A stretch of DNA of 64,000 bases from Patescibacteria group bacterium (GCA_041666145.1 JBAYHK010000003.1:6277-70276), one strand, 5' to 3'; shown: positions 1 through 8,074, counted from the stretch's first letter. The notes: generated by a model not told the origin, from the sequence alone. Translations and numbers: made by a program.

Positions 1-1
1 G

Positions 2-625
2 GCAAGTGGCGAGGCGCAAGGCGAAAGAGGGGAATTGCCGAACGACATTGCGGCCATGAAGAAATTACCTGGAATCGGTGAATACACAGCGAACGCGATC
101 GCCGCATTCGCATTTCGAAATGTCGAGGCTGCGCCAGTTGATACGAATATTGTTCGAATTCTGAAGCGTGTATTTCCGCGCCAAACAAAAGATCGTCAAT
201 CAATTGAACGGCTCGCGTACAGTATTCGGCCAGAAGATGTTTGGACTTGGAATCATGCGCTTATGGACATTGGCGCACTGGAGTGCACAGCGCGGGGGCA
301 TGTTTCCGGGCTTTGTGTCCTCGGAGAGCTTCACGGTGATGTTGAGAAGAGAATGCGAAATCGTTCTAGGCTAAAAAACACTCTTCTTGAAAATAGGCGG
401 GGCTCCCATGCCCCGCACAAGCGATTTGAAGATACAGATCGATATTATCGAGGAAGGATCGTTGATCTTTTGCGAGAAGGCGCAATGACAATGAAGGGAA
501 TGCGAACGAATGTTCTTTTTTCAAGGATTGATGACGAGCGTTTTGCGACGCTTCTTCAAGGGGTTATGAACGAAGGCATCGTAGAACGCTATCGAAATAC
601 GGTATTCTTAGCGGGTGATAAGTAA
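2..625 (+). CDS. HhH-GPD family DNA glycosylase (MutY/EndoIII-like), 5'-truncated by the window edge
   Basis: The frame stays open back to nt 2, and the listed start at 35 is a TTG. It carries the helix-hairpin-helix motif LPGIGEYTANAI followed by a Cys-containing loop (CTARGHVSGLC) and a C-terminal extension, as in MutY-like glycosylases. The N-terminal catalytic part lies outside the window. Confidence 0.6.
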   Translation, partial: ASGEAQGERGELPNDIAAMKKLPGIGEYTANAIAAFAFRNVEAAPVDTNIVRILKRVFPRQTKDRQSIERLAYSIRPEDVWTWNHALMDIGALECTARGHVSGLCVLGELHGDVEKRMRNRSRLKNTLLENRRGSHAPHKRFEDTDRYYRGRIVDLLREGAMTMKGMRTNVLFSRIDDERFATLLQGVMNEGIVERYRNTVFLAGDK

Positions 626-650
626 AAAGAAGTCTGAACTAAAATTATTT

Positions 651-938
651 ATGGCATTGATCGAATTTTTCGGTGAAACTTGTCCGCATTGTGTTGAAAT
701 GAAGCCAATGGTTGAGAACGTTGAGAAGAATTTAGGAGTAGCTATTCAAAAGCTCGAAGTATGGAACAACGACGCGAATGCAAAAAAGCTCGAGGCAATT
801 GACGATGAATTGTGCGGCGGCGTTCCATTTTTTTATAACGAAGAGAAGAAAACATTCATTTGCGGGTCGAGTGACGAACAGACGCTGATGCGATGGGCCA
901 AGGGAGAGGCTGGAGAAGGAATTGGAGGGGGACTATAG
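651..938 (+). CDS. thioredoxin-fold protein (CPHC redox motif)
   Basis: It has a CPHC motif in an N-terminal beta-alpha context (FFGETCPHCVEMKP), about 95 aa, with the size and layout of a thioredoxin/glutaredoxin-like protein. The ORF-track start at 615 is a GTG that overlaps the upstream stop. The first in-frame ATG is at 651, so the start is uncertain. Confidence 0.55.
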   Translation: MALIEFFGETCPHCVEMKPMVENVEKNLGVAIQKLEVWNNDANAKKLEAIDDELCGGVPFFYNEEKKTFICGSSDEQTLMRWAKGEAGEGIGGGL

Positions 939-961
939 GTCCTATTAGCCCTATCGGTCCT

Positions 962-1336
962 ATGCGTTCAACGAAATGCAATCAAACACAAAAGCCCCGA
1001 TTGGGGCTTTTGGTTCTTCTTTCGATAGTTGTATTCGCTGGTGCTGGTTGTGAATCCGTTTCATCGACGACGCAATTTCTTCAGTCGCAAGCAAGTTCGG
1101 CAATTGCGATTATTCAGCAGAAGATTGCAGAACTGCAATTAGTAGTTTCAAATGTGCAGCAAACATACGGCAAGGCAAAGGCGGTCTATGACATTCTCAA
1201 TACTGAAACTGTCGATACGACTGTTACTCCATCCGCTCAACCCACCGAGGATCAACCGCAACCTGTAACTGAAGAAAATACTTCTTCCCAGTCACAGCCT
1301 CTAGCTCCCGACGAGTCGACTGGCCAATCTCTTTAA
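962..1336 (+). CDS. putative secreted protein or lipoprotein (signal peptide, low-complexity Q/P/T/E-rich tail)
   Basis: There is an in-frame ATG at 962. The N-terminus is a signal peptide: MRSTKCNQTQKPRLGLLVLLSIVVFAGAGC, with a positive n-region, a hydrophobic core, and a Cys after AGAG. The C-terminal tail overlaps the 3' end of era on the opposite strand by 113 nt, which lowers my confidence. Confidence 0.4.
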   Translation: MRSTKCNQTQKPRLGLLVLLSIVVFAGAGCESVSSTTQFLQSQASSAIAIIQQKIAELQLVVSNVQQTYGKAKAVYDILNTETVDTTVTPSAQPTEDQPQPVTEENTSSQSQPLAPDESTGQSL

Positions 1337-2078
1337 TGCCCTGGCCGCGTGCTCCGATGATCATTGGCTTATAACGTTCGGAATGCGTAAAGATTGTTGC
1401 ATCAACGAATACGGTTCCATTGCTTTGCTCACGGATGTCGTTCACTTCAACGTGGGTTGAGTAGGGGACTTCTTCTCGAAGACGAAGAAAAAGTTTTTCG
1501 CGAATAAGCTCGGCAAGCCATTCATTATTTCCCATGTTTGTCATCTGGAATTTTGGATACAGGAACTCGCCTTCTGGCATTTGCTCCCAAATCCATTTTT
1601 CAATGAGGTCGGTATTCTTGCTGGTGAGCGCAGAAACTTCGACGTAGTTCGAGAACTTTGATCCAAGATCACGGTAATAGTCGATGAAATGTTTGCTCGC
1701 CTTGTCGTCGATTTTGTTAATAACAAGGAGCTTTGGAACCGTGACGTTTTCAATCATGCGCAATGCCATCTTTTCCTCATCTCCAATGCTTCGTGTCGGG
1801 TCTGCAATGTACATGACCGCCTGAACATCTCGAAGCGAATCCTTTGCGTAGCTGTTCAGTTTTTTCGTTAACGTATCTCGTGACTTCTGCATGATTCCTG
1901 GAGTGTCTACAAAAACAACCTGTCCTTCTTCTCGCGTAATAATTCCTTGAACAGGTCGACGAGTGGTTTGCGGTTTTGGTGTGGTAATGGCGACTTTGGT
2001 TCCAACGAGCGTATTAATGAGTGTCGACTTTCCAACGTTGCTTCTTCCAACGATTGCAACAATTCCAGACTTTGGCAT
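1224..2078 (-). CDS. era: GTPase Era
   Basis: It has the G1 motif GRSNVGKST, DTPG, and NKID, and a C-terminal KH domain (IIGARGQGIKEIG ... LQLQVAVDPRW). I set the start at the internal ATG encoding MPKSGIVAIVG (position 2078). The ORF-track N-terminal extension has no homology and is Cys/Leu-rich junk. Confidence 0.85.
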   Translation of the reverse strand: MPKSGIVAIVGRSNVGKSTLINTLVGTKVAITTPKPQTTRRPVQGIITREEGQVVFVDTPGIMQKSRDTLTKKLNSYAKDSLRDVQAVMYIADPTRSIGDEEKMALRMIENVTVPKLLVINKIDDKASKHFIDYYRDLGSKFSNYVEVSALTSKNTDLIEKWIWEQMPEGEFLYPKFQMTNMGNNEWLAELIREKLFLRLREEVPYSTHVEVNDIREQSNGTVFVDATIFTHSERYKPMIIGARGQGIKEIGQSTRRELEAVTGKKYFLQLQVAVDPRWVERME

Positions 2079-2471
2079 AGTGAGTAGGTGATCTCTCGAT
2101 TTGCTCCTTTTCGTCATTGCGAGGAGGGTAATCCTGACGAAGCAATCTTTCCGTGTAGATTGCTTCAGCTGATTACAGCTTTGCAATGACAGAGAATGTC
2201 CGAGGAGCGATAACCGAGAACAAATGAATAATGCGCGGATGTTAGCGGAAAAATTGATTTTGGTCAATTCGAACCCTCCCATGTAACAAGGGGGAGTCGA
2301 AGTGGGTAGTTACTGAAGAGAGTCTTTTAGTGGGCTGGGAATGGAGGACGTGAAAGTGAGGAGAGTTTTTGAAGTGGTCGGTGGGTGAATATGAAGGCAG
2401 ACATGAGAGTTTGAGAAGGTTGGAGTTTGTGGTTTCGACTAGCACAGCATATCGTTTTTGCCGATTCCGCA

Positions 2472-2491
2472 ATGTAAAGTCGACTTTACAT
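2472..2491. promoter_or_regulatory. 20-bp perfect palindrome ATGTAAAGTCGACTTTACAT (operator-like site 1)
   Basis: The palindrome is seen directly in the sequence. It is paired with a near-identical copy 56 bp downstream. It lies in a 690-bp intergenic region between the divergent era and a small membrane-protein gene. Confidence 0.45.
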
Positions 2492-2527
2492 TGAAACTTC
2501 AAAAAGCCCAATGTTTTCGCAGGTCGG

Positions 2528-2547
2528 ATGTAAAGTTGACTTTACAT
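2528..2547. promoter_or_regulatory. 20-bp near-palindrome ATGTAAAGTTGACTTTACAT (operator-like site 2)
   Basis: It has the same half-sites as the first palindrome, with a single central mismatch (GTTGAC versus GTCGAC). The centre-to-centre spacing is 56 bp, about five helical turns. That is typical of cooperative binding by a dimeric regulator. Confidence 0.45.
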
Positions 2548-2716
2548 CGTGAGATCCGCAAAAAACAACCACCACGCTCCAGCCATTCTAAAAAACAAAA
2601 TGAACAGTCGCTAGAAACCTCAATTCTCCTTCCCTCTAAAGACTTCTTTTCATTTTCACCACGCTACGAATCCTTCACATACGTTCGGGATGGGATAATG
2701 AGGCTATCGATCATTA

Positions 2717-2905
2717 ATGATGTATATAAAACCAACTATGAAAAACACAAAAATTATTCTCCTCATCGTTTTTGTTCTTATCGTCGTAATCGCAATCCTT
2801 CGTTTTTCATCACAAGAAGACATTTGGCTTTGTGATGAAGGAATTTGGGTACAGCACGGCCATCCGTCAGCCGCAAAGCCAACCACGGCATGCGGCGAGT
2901 TTTGA
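2717..2905 (+). CDS. small single-pass membrane protein (hypothetical, 55-62 aa)
   Basis: It has a basic N-terminus, then a hydrophobic helix (IILLIVFVLIVVIAIL), then a short extracytoplasmic tail with two Cys (CDEGIWVQHGHP...ACGEF). An alternative ATG lies at 2738. A strong intrinsic terminator follows directly. A GAGG lies 13 nt upstream of the ATG at 2717. Confidence 0.45.
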   Translation: MMYIKPTMKNTKIILLIVFVLIVVIAILRFSSQEDIWLCDEGIWVQHGHPSAAKPTTACGEF

Positions 2906-2937
2906 AAAAGTCCCCGATGAATTTCGGGGACTTTTTG
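2906..2937 (+). terminator. rho-independent terminator (GTCCCCGA / TCGGGGAC stem plus T-run)
   Basis: AAAAAGTCCCCGATGAATTTCGGGGACTTTTTG: a perfect 8-bp GC-rich stem, followed by TTTTT. Confidence 0.8.
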
Positions 2938-2955
2938 ATCAAATTATGAAGTCAT

Positions 2956-2990
2956 CAATGAACTAAGTTAGTGACTAACTTAGTTCATTG
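2956..2990 (-). terminator. 35-bp perfect palindrome at the 3' end of rlmD (candidate terminator hairpin)
   Basis: CAATGAACTAAGTTAGTGACTAACTTAGTTCATTG has 15-bp arms and overlaps the rlmD stop codon. It has no strong U-run, so it is less certain as a terminator. Confidence 0.45.
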
Positions 2991-4180
2991 CCATTTCTGT
3001 CCTTTCGTACCAGCGCCGTTACGAGCTCAACGTGCGGCGTGTGGGGGAACATGTCGACGGCACGGATGGCTTCGACGTTGTAGTGCTTTGAAAGTTCGAC
3101 CATCTCGCGGGCAAAGTTTTTGAAGTTGCAGGAAATATAGACAATGCGGGAGGGTTTCACTTTAATAATGTCGGCAAGCGCTTTGTCATGCATACCAGAG
3201 CGAGGAGGATCGAGAATCACCACATCGGCGCCAAGCTTCATCCAATCAAAGTCCTCAGTCTTTGCGTCGAAGAAGTCGATAGAGACATTGTTAAGTTCTG
3301 CGTTTATTCGAGCATCACGAATTGCGTCTGGAACAAGTTCGACGCCGATTGTTTTCTTTGCTCCGTTTGCAAGGGCGATTCCGAAGAAGCCGGTGCCGCA
3401 ATAGAGATCGAGCAGTGTTTTATCAGTAAGGTCACCGGCGAATTCGCGGACTGTTGAGAGGAGCATTGGTGCGGCGTAGGAATTTGTTTGGAAGAAAGCG
3501 TTTGGTGAAATGCAGAAGCGACTGCCTTCAATAGTTTCCTTAATTACACCAGGACCATCGATCACACGAATTTCATCTCCGAATGAGAGATCGGAGATTG
3601 TGTGGTTGATGGACCAGACAACAGTTGTTGCATTTGTTTTGGAAGCAAGATCATGGAGTGCAGTTTCGACAGCGCTTGCGTCATCGTTCGTTGTGACAGT
3701 GGCCCCGAGATTGCCTTCGCCAAGCTGTTGCTCGCCATTTGGTGCACTGGTAACAATGATGATCATGGTTTCTCCAGTGGATGTTGCACGAATAACTGCA
3801 TAGCGGAGTGTGCCAATGTTGGTTTTGCGGTCAAAGAACGAAAGACCAGATTCTTTTACCCAGGTTCGAACAATAGGGAATAGGGCCTCGATTTTTTCGT
3901 CGCCAAGAAAACAGGTGTGATTGTCTATGACTTTCCACCACTTTCCCTTTTCTCGAAGTCCCATTTCTCCTTTGAAATTGATCACGAAATCCATGCGATT
4001 TCGATAATGCTCAGTTTTCGGTGCTGGAAAAATGTCTTTTACTTGAAGATCAAGCTTTTTGATGGCAAACGATCCGTTGATTTCGGAGAGCTTTTGTTGA
4101 AGCTGTTTTTCGTATGGAATGTGGCTCCATCCGCATGAACCGCAAACGTCTGGTGCTGGGCAAGGTGAAATGTTGGTCAT
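2975..4180 (-). CDS. rlmD: 23S rRNA (uracil-C5)-methyltransferase, RlmD/RumA family
   Basis: It has an N-terminal Cys cluster (CPAPDVCGSCGW), a SAM-binding motif (DLYCGTGFFG), and the catalytic region (DPPRSG ... ISCN) typical of TrmA/RumA enzymes. I set the start at the ATG encoding MTNISPC (4180). That leaves a 60-bp divergent promoter region before the SpoU gene. Confidence 0.8.
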   Translation of the reverse strand: MTNISPCPAPDVCGSCGWSHIPYEKQLQQKLSEINGSFAIKKLDLQVKDIFPAPKTEHYRNRMDFVINFKGEMGLREKGKWWKVIDNHTCFLGDEKIEALFPIVRTWVKESGLSFFDRKTNIGTLRYAVIRATSTGETMIIIVTSAPNGEQQLGEGNLGATVTTNDDASAVETALHDLASKTNATTVVWSINHTISDLSFGDEIRVIDGPGVIKETIEGSRFCISPNAFFQTNSYAAPMLLSTVREFAGDLTDKTLLDLYCGTGFFGIALANGAKKTIGVELVPDAIRDARINAELNNVSIDFFDAKTEDFDWMKLGADVVILDPPRSGMHDKALADIIKVKPSRIVYISCNFKNFAREMVELSKHYNVEAIRAVDMFPHTPHVELVTALVRKDRNGNELS

Positions 4181-4240
4181 ATTGCGGCCGAGTGTATGTT
4201 TTTTTGCTGATTTTCGCAATTTCTGGCATGCTCTTGCCGC

Positions 4241-4690
4241 ATGATTATCATTGCGCACAATATTCGGAGCCTTCATAACGTTGGGGCAATCTTGCGAAAT
4301 GCCGCTGCTTTTGGAGCGGAAAAGGTATTTTTAACTGGAATCACCGGCGTACCTCCAAGAAAGGAAATTGCGAAAGTTTCTCTCGGCGCTGAAGATTTGG
4401 TTTCTTGGGAGACCGGTGACATTGGAGTCGTCATCGAAGGGCTTCGATTGAAAGCGTATGAAATTTGGGGACTTGAAACTGGCGAAGGAGCGATCGATAT
4501 CGCTGATTTTGAAGGCTCAAGAATTCATCGAATGGCTCTTGTTTTGGGAAGCGAAACTGAAGGAATCGACGTGGAAACGCGTGCTATGCTGAATGGAATC
4601 ATAGAGATTCCCATGGAGAAAAAGCGATCGTTGAATGTTTCTGTGGCAAGCGGTATTGCAATGTACGCTCTTAAAAATTTGCACCTGTAG
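4241..4690 (+). CDS. SPOUT (SpoU/TrmH-family) RNA 2'-O-methyltransferase, small TrmL-like form
   Basis: It is 149 aa. The N-terminus (IIIAHNIRSLHNVGAILRNAAAFG) has the pattern typical of TrmH-family enzymes, and the C-terminal knot motifs are present (LVLGSETEGI, IEIPM ... SLNVSVASGIAMY). The last 10 nt overlap the tRNA-Arg gene. Confidence 0.75.
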   Translation: MIIIAHNIRSLHNVGAILRNAAAFGAEKVFLTGITGVPPRKEIAKVSLGAEDLVSWETGDIGVVIEGLRLKAYEIWGLETGEGAIDIADFEGSRIHRMALVLGSETEGIDVETRAMLNGIIEIPMEKKRSLNVSVASGIAMYALKNLHL

Positions 4691-4757
4691 CTTAGCTGGA
4701 TAAAGCGCCTCCCTCCGAAGGAGGAGATCGTGCGTTCGAATCGCGCCAGGTGCACCA
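4681..4757 (+). tRNA. tRNA-Arg (anticodon CCG), CCA encoded
   Basis: I folded it by hand. The acceptor stem is GCACCTG/CAGGTGC and the D arm is GCTT-AGCTGGATA-AAGC. The anticodon arm is CCTCC-CTCCGAA-GGAGG, with CCG at positions 34-36 and a 5-nt variable loop. The T arm is GTGCG-TTCGAAT-CGCGC, followed by discriminator A and CCA. Confidence 0.9.
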
Positions 4758-4883
4758 GTGAATCTGCTTAATTTCGTTCATTTTTGGCTTGCGTCTTCGC
4801 AAATTCGTTCAACGTACCAAGAAGTACGTTTCTCGAACTTTGCTCGACGCGCACCAAAACTGATCAAAATTAAGCAGATCCAC
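4758..4883. repeat. 126-bp element bounded by 17-bp inverted repeats (16/17 match), directly abutting the tRNA-Arg 3' end
   Basis: The left arm is GTGAATCTGCTTAATTT (4758-4774). The right arm, AAATTAAGCAGATCCAC (4867-4883), is its reverse complement with one mismatch. The interior has a further hairpin (ACGTAC-CAAGAA-GTACGT). This could be a MITE-like insertion, an att remnant, or a long-stem leader for the downstream GT2 gene. Confidence 0.35.
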
Positions 4884-4900
4884 ACTTGTCGAAGCGTTTT

Positions 4901-5620
4901 ATGTCTCTAACACTTTCCGTCGTCATTCCAACAAAGAACGAAGAGCAATATCTCCCATCGATTCTTGCTGAGCTTCGTGAGCAGTCATTACGACCAATCG
5001 AAGTGATTGTTTCTGATGCGAATTCCACAGACGCTACTCGTGTGATCGCGGAAAAGTTTGGTGCTCGAGTTGTTGACGGCGGCCTTCCGGCGATTGGGAG
5101 AAATCGTGGAGCAGCTGTTGCGAGTGGTGATCTGATCTATTTTTTTGATGCCGACGTCATTCTTCAAGATAAGGATTTTCTCGCGCATGCCGTCGAAGAG
5201 TTCGAAAGGAAAACATATGACATCGCTTCGGCTTTTCTTGGTGTTATAGGCGGAACGTTATTCGATGAATTTTCTCATGGATGTATAAATGAGTATTTTC
5301 GATTGATAAATTCAGTGAGGCCTCATGCGCCAGGATGTTGCATCCTTATCCGTCGATCGTTACATGAAGCAATCGGTGGATTTGATGAGACGATCGTTTT
5401 AGCCGAAGACCATGATTATGCTTTGCGAGCTTCGAAATGCGGGGTATTCGGCGTGCTTGATTCAGTAAAAGTATTCACGAGCACTCGTCGTCAAGAGCGT
5501 GATAGGAGATTCTTCTTGATCATGAAATATCTTCTGGCCGAGCTTCATATATTGTTTATTGGTCCAATTAGACATGATAAATTTAAATATGAATTTGGTT
5601 ATGACAAAAAGAAAGTTTGA
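4901..5620 (+). CDS. GT2-family glycosyltransferase (GT-A fold, DPM1/GtrB-like), copy 1
   Basis: Motifs: LSVVIPTKNEE, SDANSTD, and a DxD-type motif (FFDADV). It is about 240 aa with no TM segment. The ORF-track start at 4886 is a TTG, and the first ATG is at 4901. Confidence 0.75.
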   Translation: MSLTLSVVIPTKNEEQYLPSILAELREQSLRPIEVIVSDANSTDATRVIAEKFGARVVDGGLPAIGRNRGAAVASGDLIYFFDADVILQDKDFLAHAVEEFERKTYDIASAFLGVIGGTLFDEFSHGCINEYFRLINSVRPHAPGCCILIRRSLHEAIGGFDETIVLAEDHDYALRASKCGVFGVLDSVKVFTSTRRQERDRRFFLIMKYLLAELHILFIGPIRHDKFKYEFGYDKKKV

Positions 5621-5636
5621 GATTTAACTTTTTTCT

Positions 5637-6362
5637 ATGCCGTTAACATTGTCTGTCGTCATTCCAACAAAGAACGAAGAGCAATATCTTCCGTCGATTC
5701 TTGCTGAGCTTCGTGAGCAGTCATTACAACCAATCGAAGTGATTGTTTCTGATGCGAATTCTACAGACGCTACTCGTGCCATTGCGGAAAAGTTTGGTGC
5801 GAAAGTTGTTGATGGCGGCTTGCCATCGGCAGGAAGAAACCGCGGAGCTGAAGTCGCGACAGGGGACTTGATCTATTTTTTTGATGCCGACGTCATTCTT
5901 CGAGATAAGAATTTTCTTGTGCATGCCGTCGAAGAGTTCGAAAGGAAAACATTTGATGTCGCAGCTCCGCGCATTGGCGTTGTCGACGCAAAAGCTTTCG
6001 ATAGATTTACACATGCTTTTTACAATGGATACATTCGACTTATACAATCATTTCTTCCGCATCTTCCCGGTTTTTGCATTCTTGTTCGTCGATCTTTACA
6101 TGAAGCCATTGGAGGATTTGATGAGTCGGTGTTGTTTTGTGAAGATTGCGATTATGCGATTCGATCTGCAAAGAAGGGTAAATTTGGCATTCTTGATTCT
6201 GTAGAGATTCTTGTAACAACGCGCAGACAGGAACGAGACGGAAGATTGTCGATGACGATAAAATATATTCTTGCTGAATTCCACATCATTTTTCTTGGAC
6301 CAATCCGACATGATAAATTCAAGTACGGATTTGGATATGATGTAAAAAAGTCCAAAGAATAG
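5637..6362 (+). CDS. GT2-family glycosyltransferase, copy 2 (tandem paralog of copy 1)
   Basis: The protein is about 80% identical to copy 1. The first roughly 140 nt of the two genes are nearly identical at the DNA level, and they are separated by only 16 bp. Confidence 0.75.
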   Translation: MPLTLSVVIPTKNEEQYLPSILAELREQSLQPIEVIVSDANSTDATRAIAEKFGAKVVDGGLPSAGRNRGAEVATGDLIYFFDADVILRDKNFLVHAVEEFERKTFDVAAPRIGVVDAKAFDRFTHAFYNGYIRLIQSFLPHLPGFCILVRRSLHEAIGGFDESVLFCEDCDYAIRSAKKGKFGILDSVEILVTTRRQERDGRLSMTIKYILAEFHIIFLGPIRHDKFKYGFGYDVKKSKE

Positions 6363-6382
6363 GCGTGTTACAATGCGATTGT

Positions 6383-6964
6383 ATGTCGCATCCAATTCCG
6401 ATCGAGGTTATGTATTCCCACGTTCATCTTTCAGAAGGACAGAGAAAAATTCTTTTTGGGGAACGAAATTCTGGAACCGTTCGACAAGAGATGAGCCAGT
6501 CAGGGCAGTTTGCGTATGAAGAAACCGTTGATGTGGTTGGTTCTAATGGAAAAGTTTTGACATTGAGAGTCCTTGGGCCGTCGCGGAAGTCAACACAAGT
6601 TGAATTGACAAAGGGAGAGGCTGAACTTTTGGCATTACACGCACAAGAAGCTCTTTCTGGTGATTTTGATCTTGCTATAGATTGCACATTGAAAACAGAA
6701 CATGGAGAAGTCGTTGCTCCAAAATCGGTCATTATTCCAAGAATGCACATTCATCTTTCTGATAGTGAAGCACGAACGCTTCGTCTTGAGCATGGATCCG
6801 TTGTGCGTGTTGACGTGATTGGTGACGGAGCTCGAGTGATTGATGACGTTGTCGTTCGCGTTCATCCAACGTATCGAGCGCGATTGCATTTACATGCAGA
6901 TGATGCGCGTGATTTATGGCTGAGTGGAGGGGCGCATGTTCGTATTCGCGATCTTCAACATTAA
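6383..6964 (+). CDS. pduL: PduL-family phosphate acyltransferase (phosphate propanoyl/acetyl-transferase)
   Basis: It has the two internally repeated halves typical of PduL, each with the H-x-H motif: SHVHLSEGQRKILFG near the N-terminus, then PRMHIHLSDSEARTL and RARLHLHADDARDLWL. The ORF-track start at 6365 is a GTG. The in-frame ATG at 6383 gives the canonical N-terminus. Confidence 0.7.
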   Translation: MSHPIPIEVMYSHVHLSEGQRKILFGERNSGTVRQEMSQSGQFAYEETVDVVGSNGKVLTLRVLGPSRKSTQVELTKGEAELLALHAQEALSGDFDLAIDCTLKTEHGEVVAPKSVIIPRMHIHLSDSEARTLRLEHGSVVRVDVIGDGARVIDDVVVRVHPTYRARLHLHADDARDLWLSGGAHVRIRDLQH

Positions 6965-6967
6965 TGT

Positions 6968-8074
6968 ATGCGAAATTTTTTTTATCGTCTTGCAATAGTG
7001 AGCCTTTTCTTGTTTCCCTGTATTGCCCATGCATCAAATGTCGATCTTTCTTTGGAGGGGAATGCAATCTCATTTTCGGAATCCGCGTTATATGCTGGTG
7101 AGAAGATTCGTATTTATGCTCGTGTAAGAAATGTTGGTGATACTGACGCCGTAGCATCGGTGATGTTTTATCAAGGAGGCATGATTATTGGTCAGTCGCA
7201 GGCAGTTTCTTTACGGGCAAATGGAAATCCAGACGATGTATATGTTGATTTTACGGTGCCAAATGGAACATTCAATATTCGTGCAGTCCTTCAAGGATCG
7301 TTACCGCAAGACATGAATCCTGTGAATGATGCGACTCAGACTGCGCTTTTCTATCCGATCGTTGATGCGGATCGTGACGGCAGCATGGATGAAGAAGATA
7401 ACTGCGTGAATGATGCAAACGCTGATCAGCTCGATACTGATCATGATGATATCGGGGACGTGTGTGACGAAGATGACGACGGAGACGGTGTTTCTGATTC
7501 GAGTGATCAGTATCCTCTTGATTCATCAAAATCTGCAGATCCTATTGTTGCGACTATTGTAGCTCCAGCAGCATCAATGCCGAGTACAGAAGATGTGGCC
7601 TCTTCTGTTGATACGGAATTCGTAGCAACAGATTCACAGACAGTTTTACCGATTGAGGGGATAGAAGAGGAGATTGAAATATCTTCCACATCTGCAGTGT
7701 CGTTACTTACGACGTCGCCTCTTGCGCGATTTTCTTGGAAACGAATTGATTGGAGGACGTATGAGTTTATTCTTGCGCAACAGCCGGAGGAAAGTGTGCA
7801 ATTCAGTTGGGACTTTGGTGACGGGGCAACGAGTGTACAGCCGCAAATAACTCATGCGTTTTCCGGTCCTGGATCTTATGCCGTAACACTTACAATTCTC
7901 GATGAGACGGGAAAGGTTCTTTCTGATGCACAAACATTTGACGTTACATTCTTTCATCTTGGTAACCCGCAAGTTATTGGATTGATCGTTCTATTATTCA
8001 TTATTTTGTTCCTTTTTGGATTTGCTTTCATGAAACTTCGATCGCTTTATGATAAAAAAACTCTTTACAAGTAA
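6968..8074 (+). CDS. secreted, membrane-anchored surface protein with a CARDB-like N-domain, thrombospondin type-3 Ca-binding repeats and a PKD domain
   Basis: It starts with a signal peptide (LAIVSLFLFPCIAHA). It has D-x-D-x-D-G acidic repeats (DADRDGSMDEEDNC ... DTDHDDIGDVCDEDDDGDGVSD). It has the PKD signature WDFGDG ... HAFSGPGSYAVTLT. The C-terminal hydrophobic anchor (VIGLIVLLFIILFLFGFAF) overlaps the murJ start by 26 nt. Confidence 0.6.
   Translation: MRNFFYRLAIVSLFLFPCIAHASNVDLSLEGNAISFSESALYAGEKIRIYARVRNVGDTDAVASVMFYQGGMIIGQSQAVSLRANGNPDDVYVDFTVPNGTFNIRAVLQGSLPQDMNPVNDATQTALFYPIVDADRDGSMDEEDNCVNDANADQLDTDHDDIGDVCDEDDDGDGVSDSSDQYPLDSSKSADPIVATIVAPAASMPSTEDVASSVDTEFVATDSQTVLPIEGIEEEIEISSTSAVSLLTTSPLARFSWKRIDWRTYEFILAQQPEESVQFSWDFGDGATSVQPQITHAFSGPGSYAVTLTILDETGKVLSDAQTFDVTFFHLGNPQVIGLIVLLFIILFLFGFAFMKLRSLYDKKTLYK

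Larger units (their letters stand above)
4901..6362 (+). repeat. tandem duplication of the GT2 gene (two roughly 730-bp units)
   Basis: The two adjacent ORFs share high nucleotide identity, especially at their 5' ends. Confidence 0.7.

Noticed and set aside
2079-2282. 68-aa N-terminal extension of era from the ORF track
   Set aside because: It has no homology to Era and is a low-complexity Leu/Ser/Cys-rich frame. The internal ATG at 2078 gives MPKSGIVAIVGRSNVGKST, the canonical start.
2242-2835. ORFs 2242-2511 (-) and 2458-2835 (+) spanning the purine tract and palindromes
   Set aside because: They read through the strand-skewed tract and the operator-like palindromes. They have odd compositions and no motifs, so they are probably spurious.
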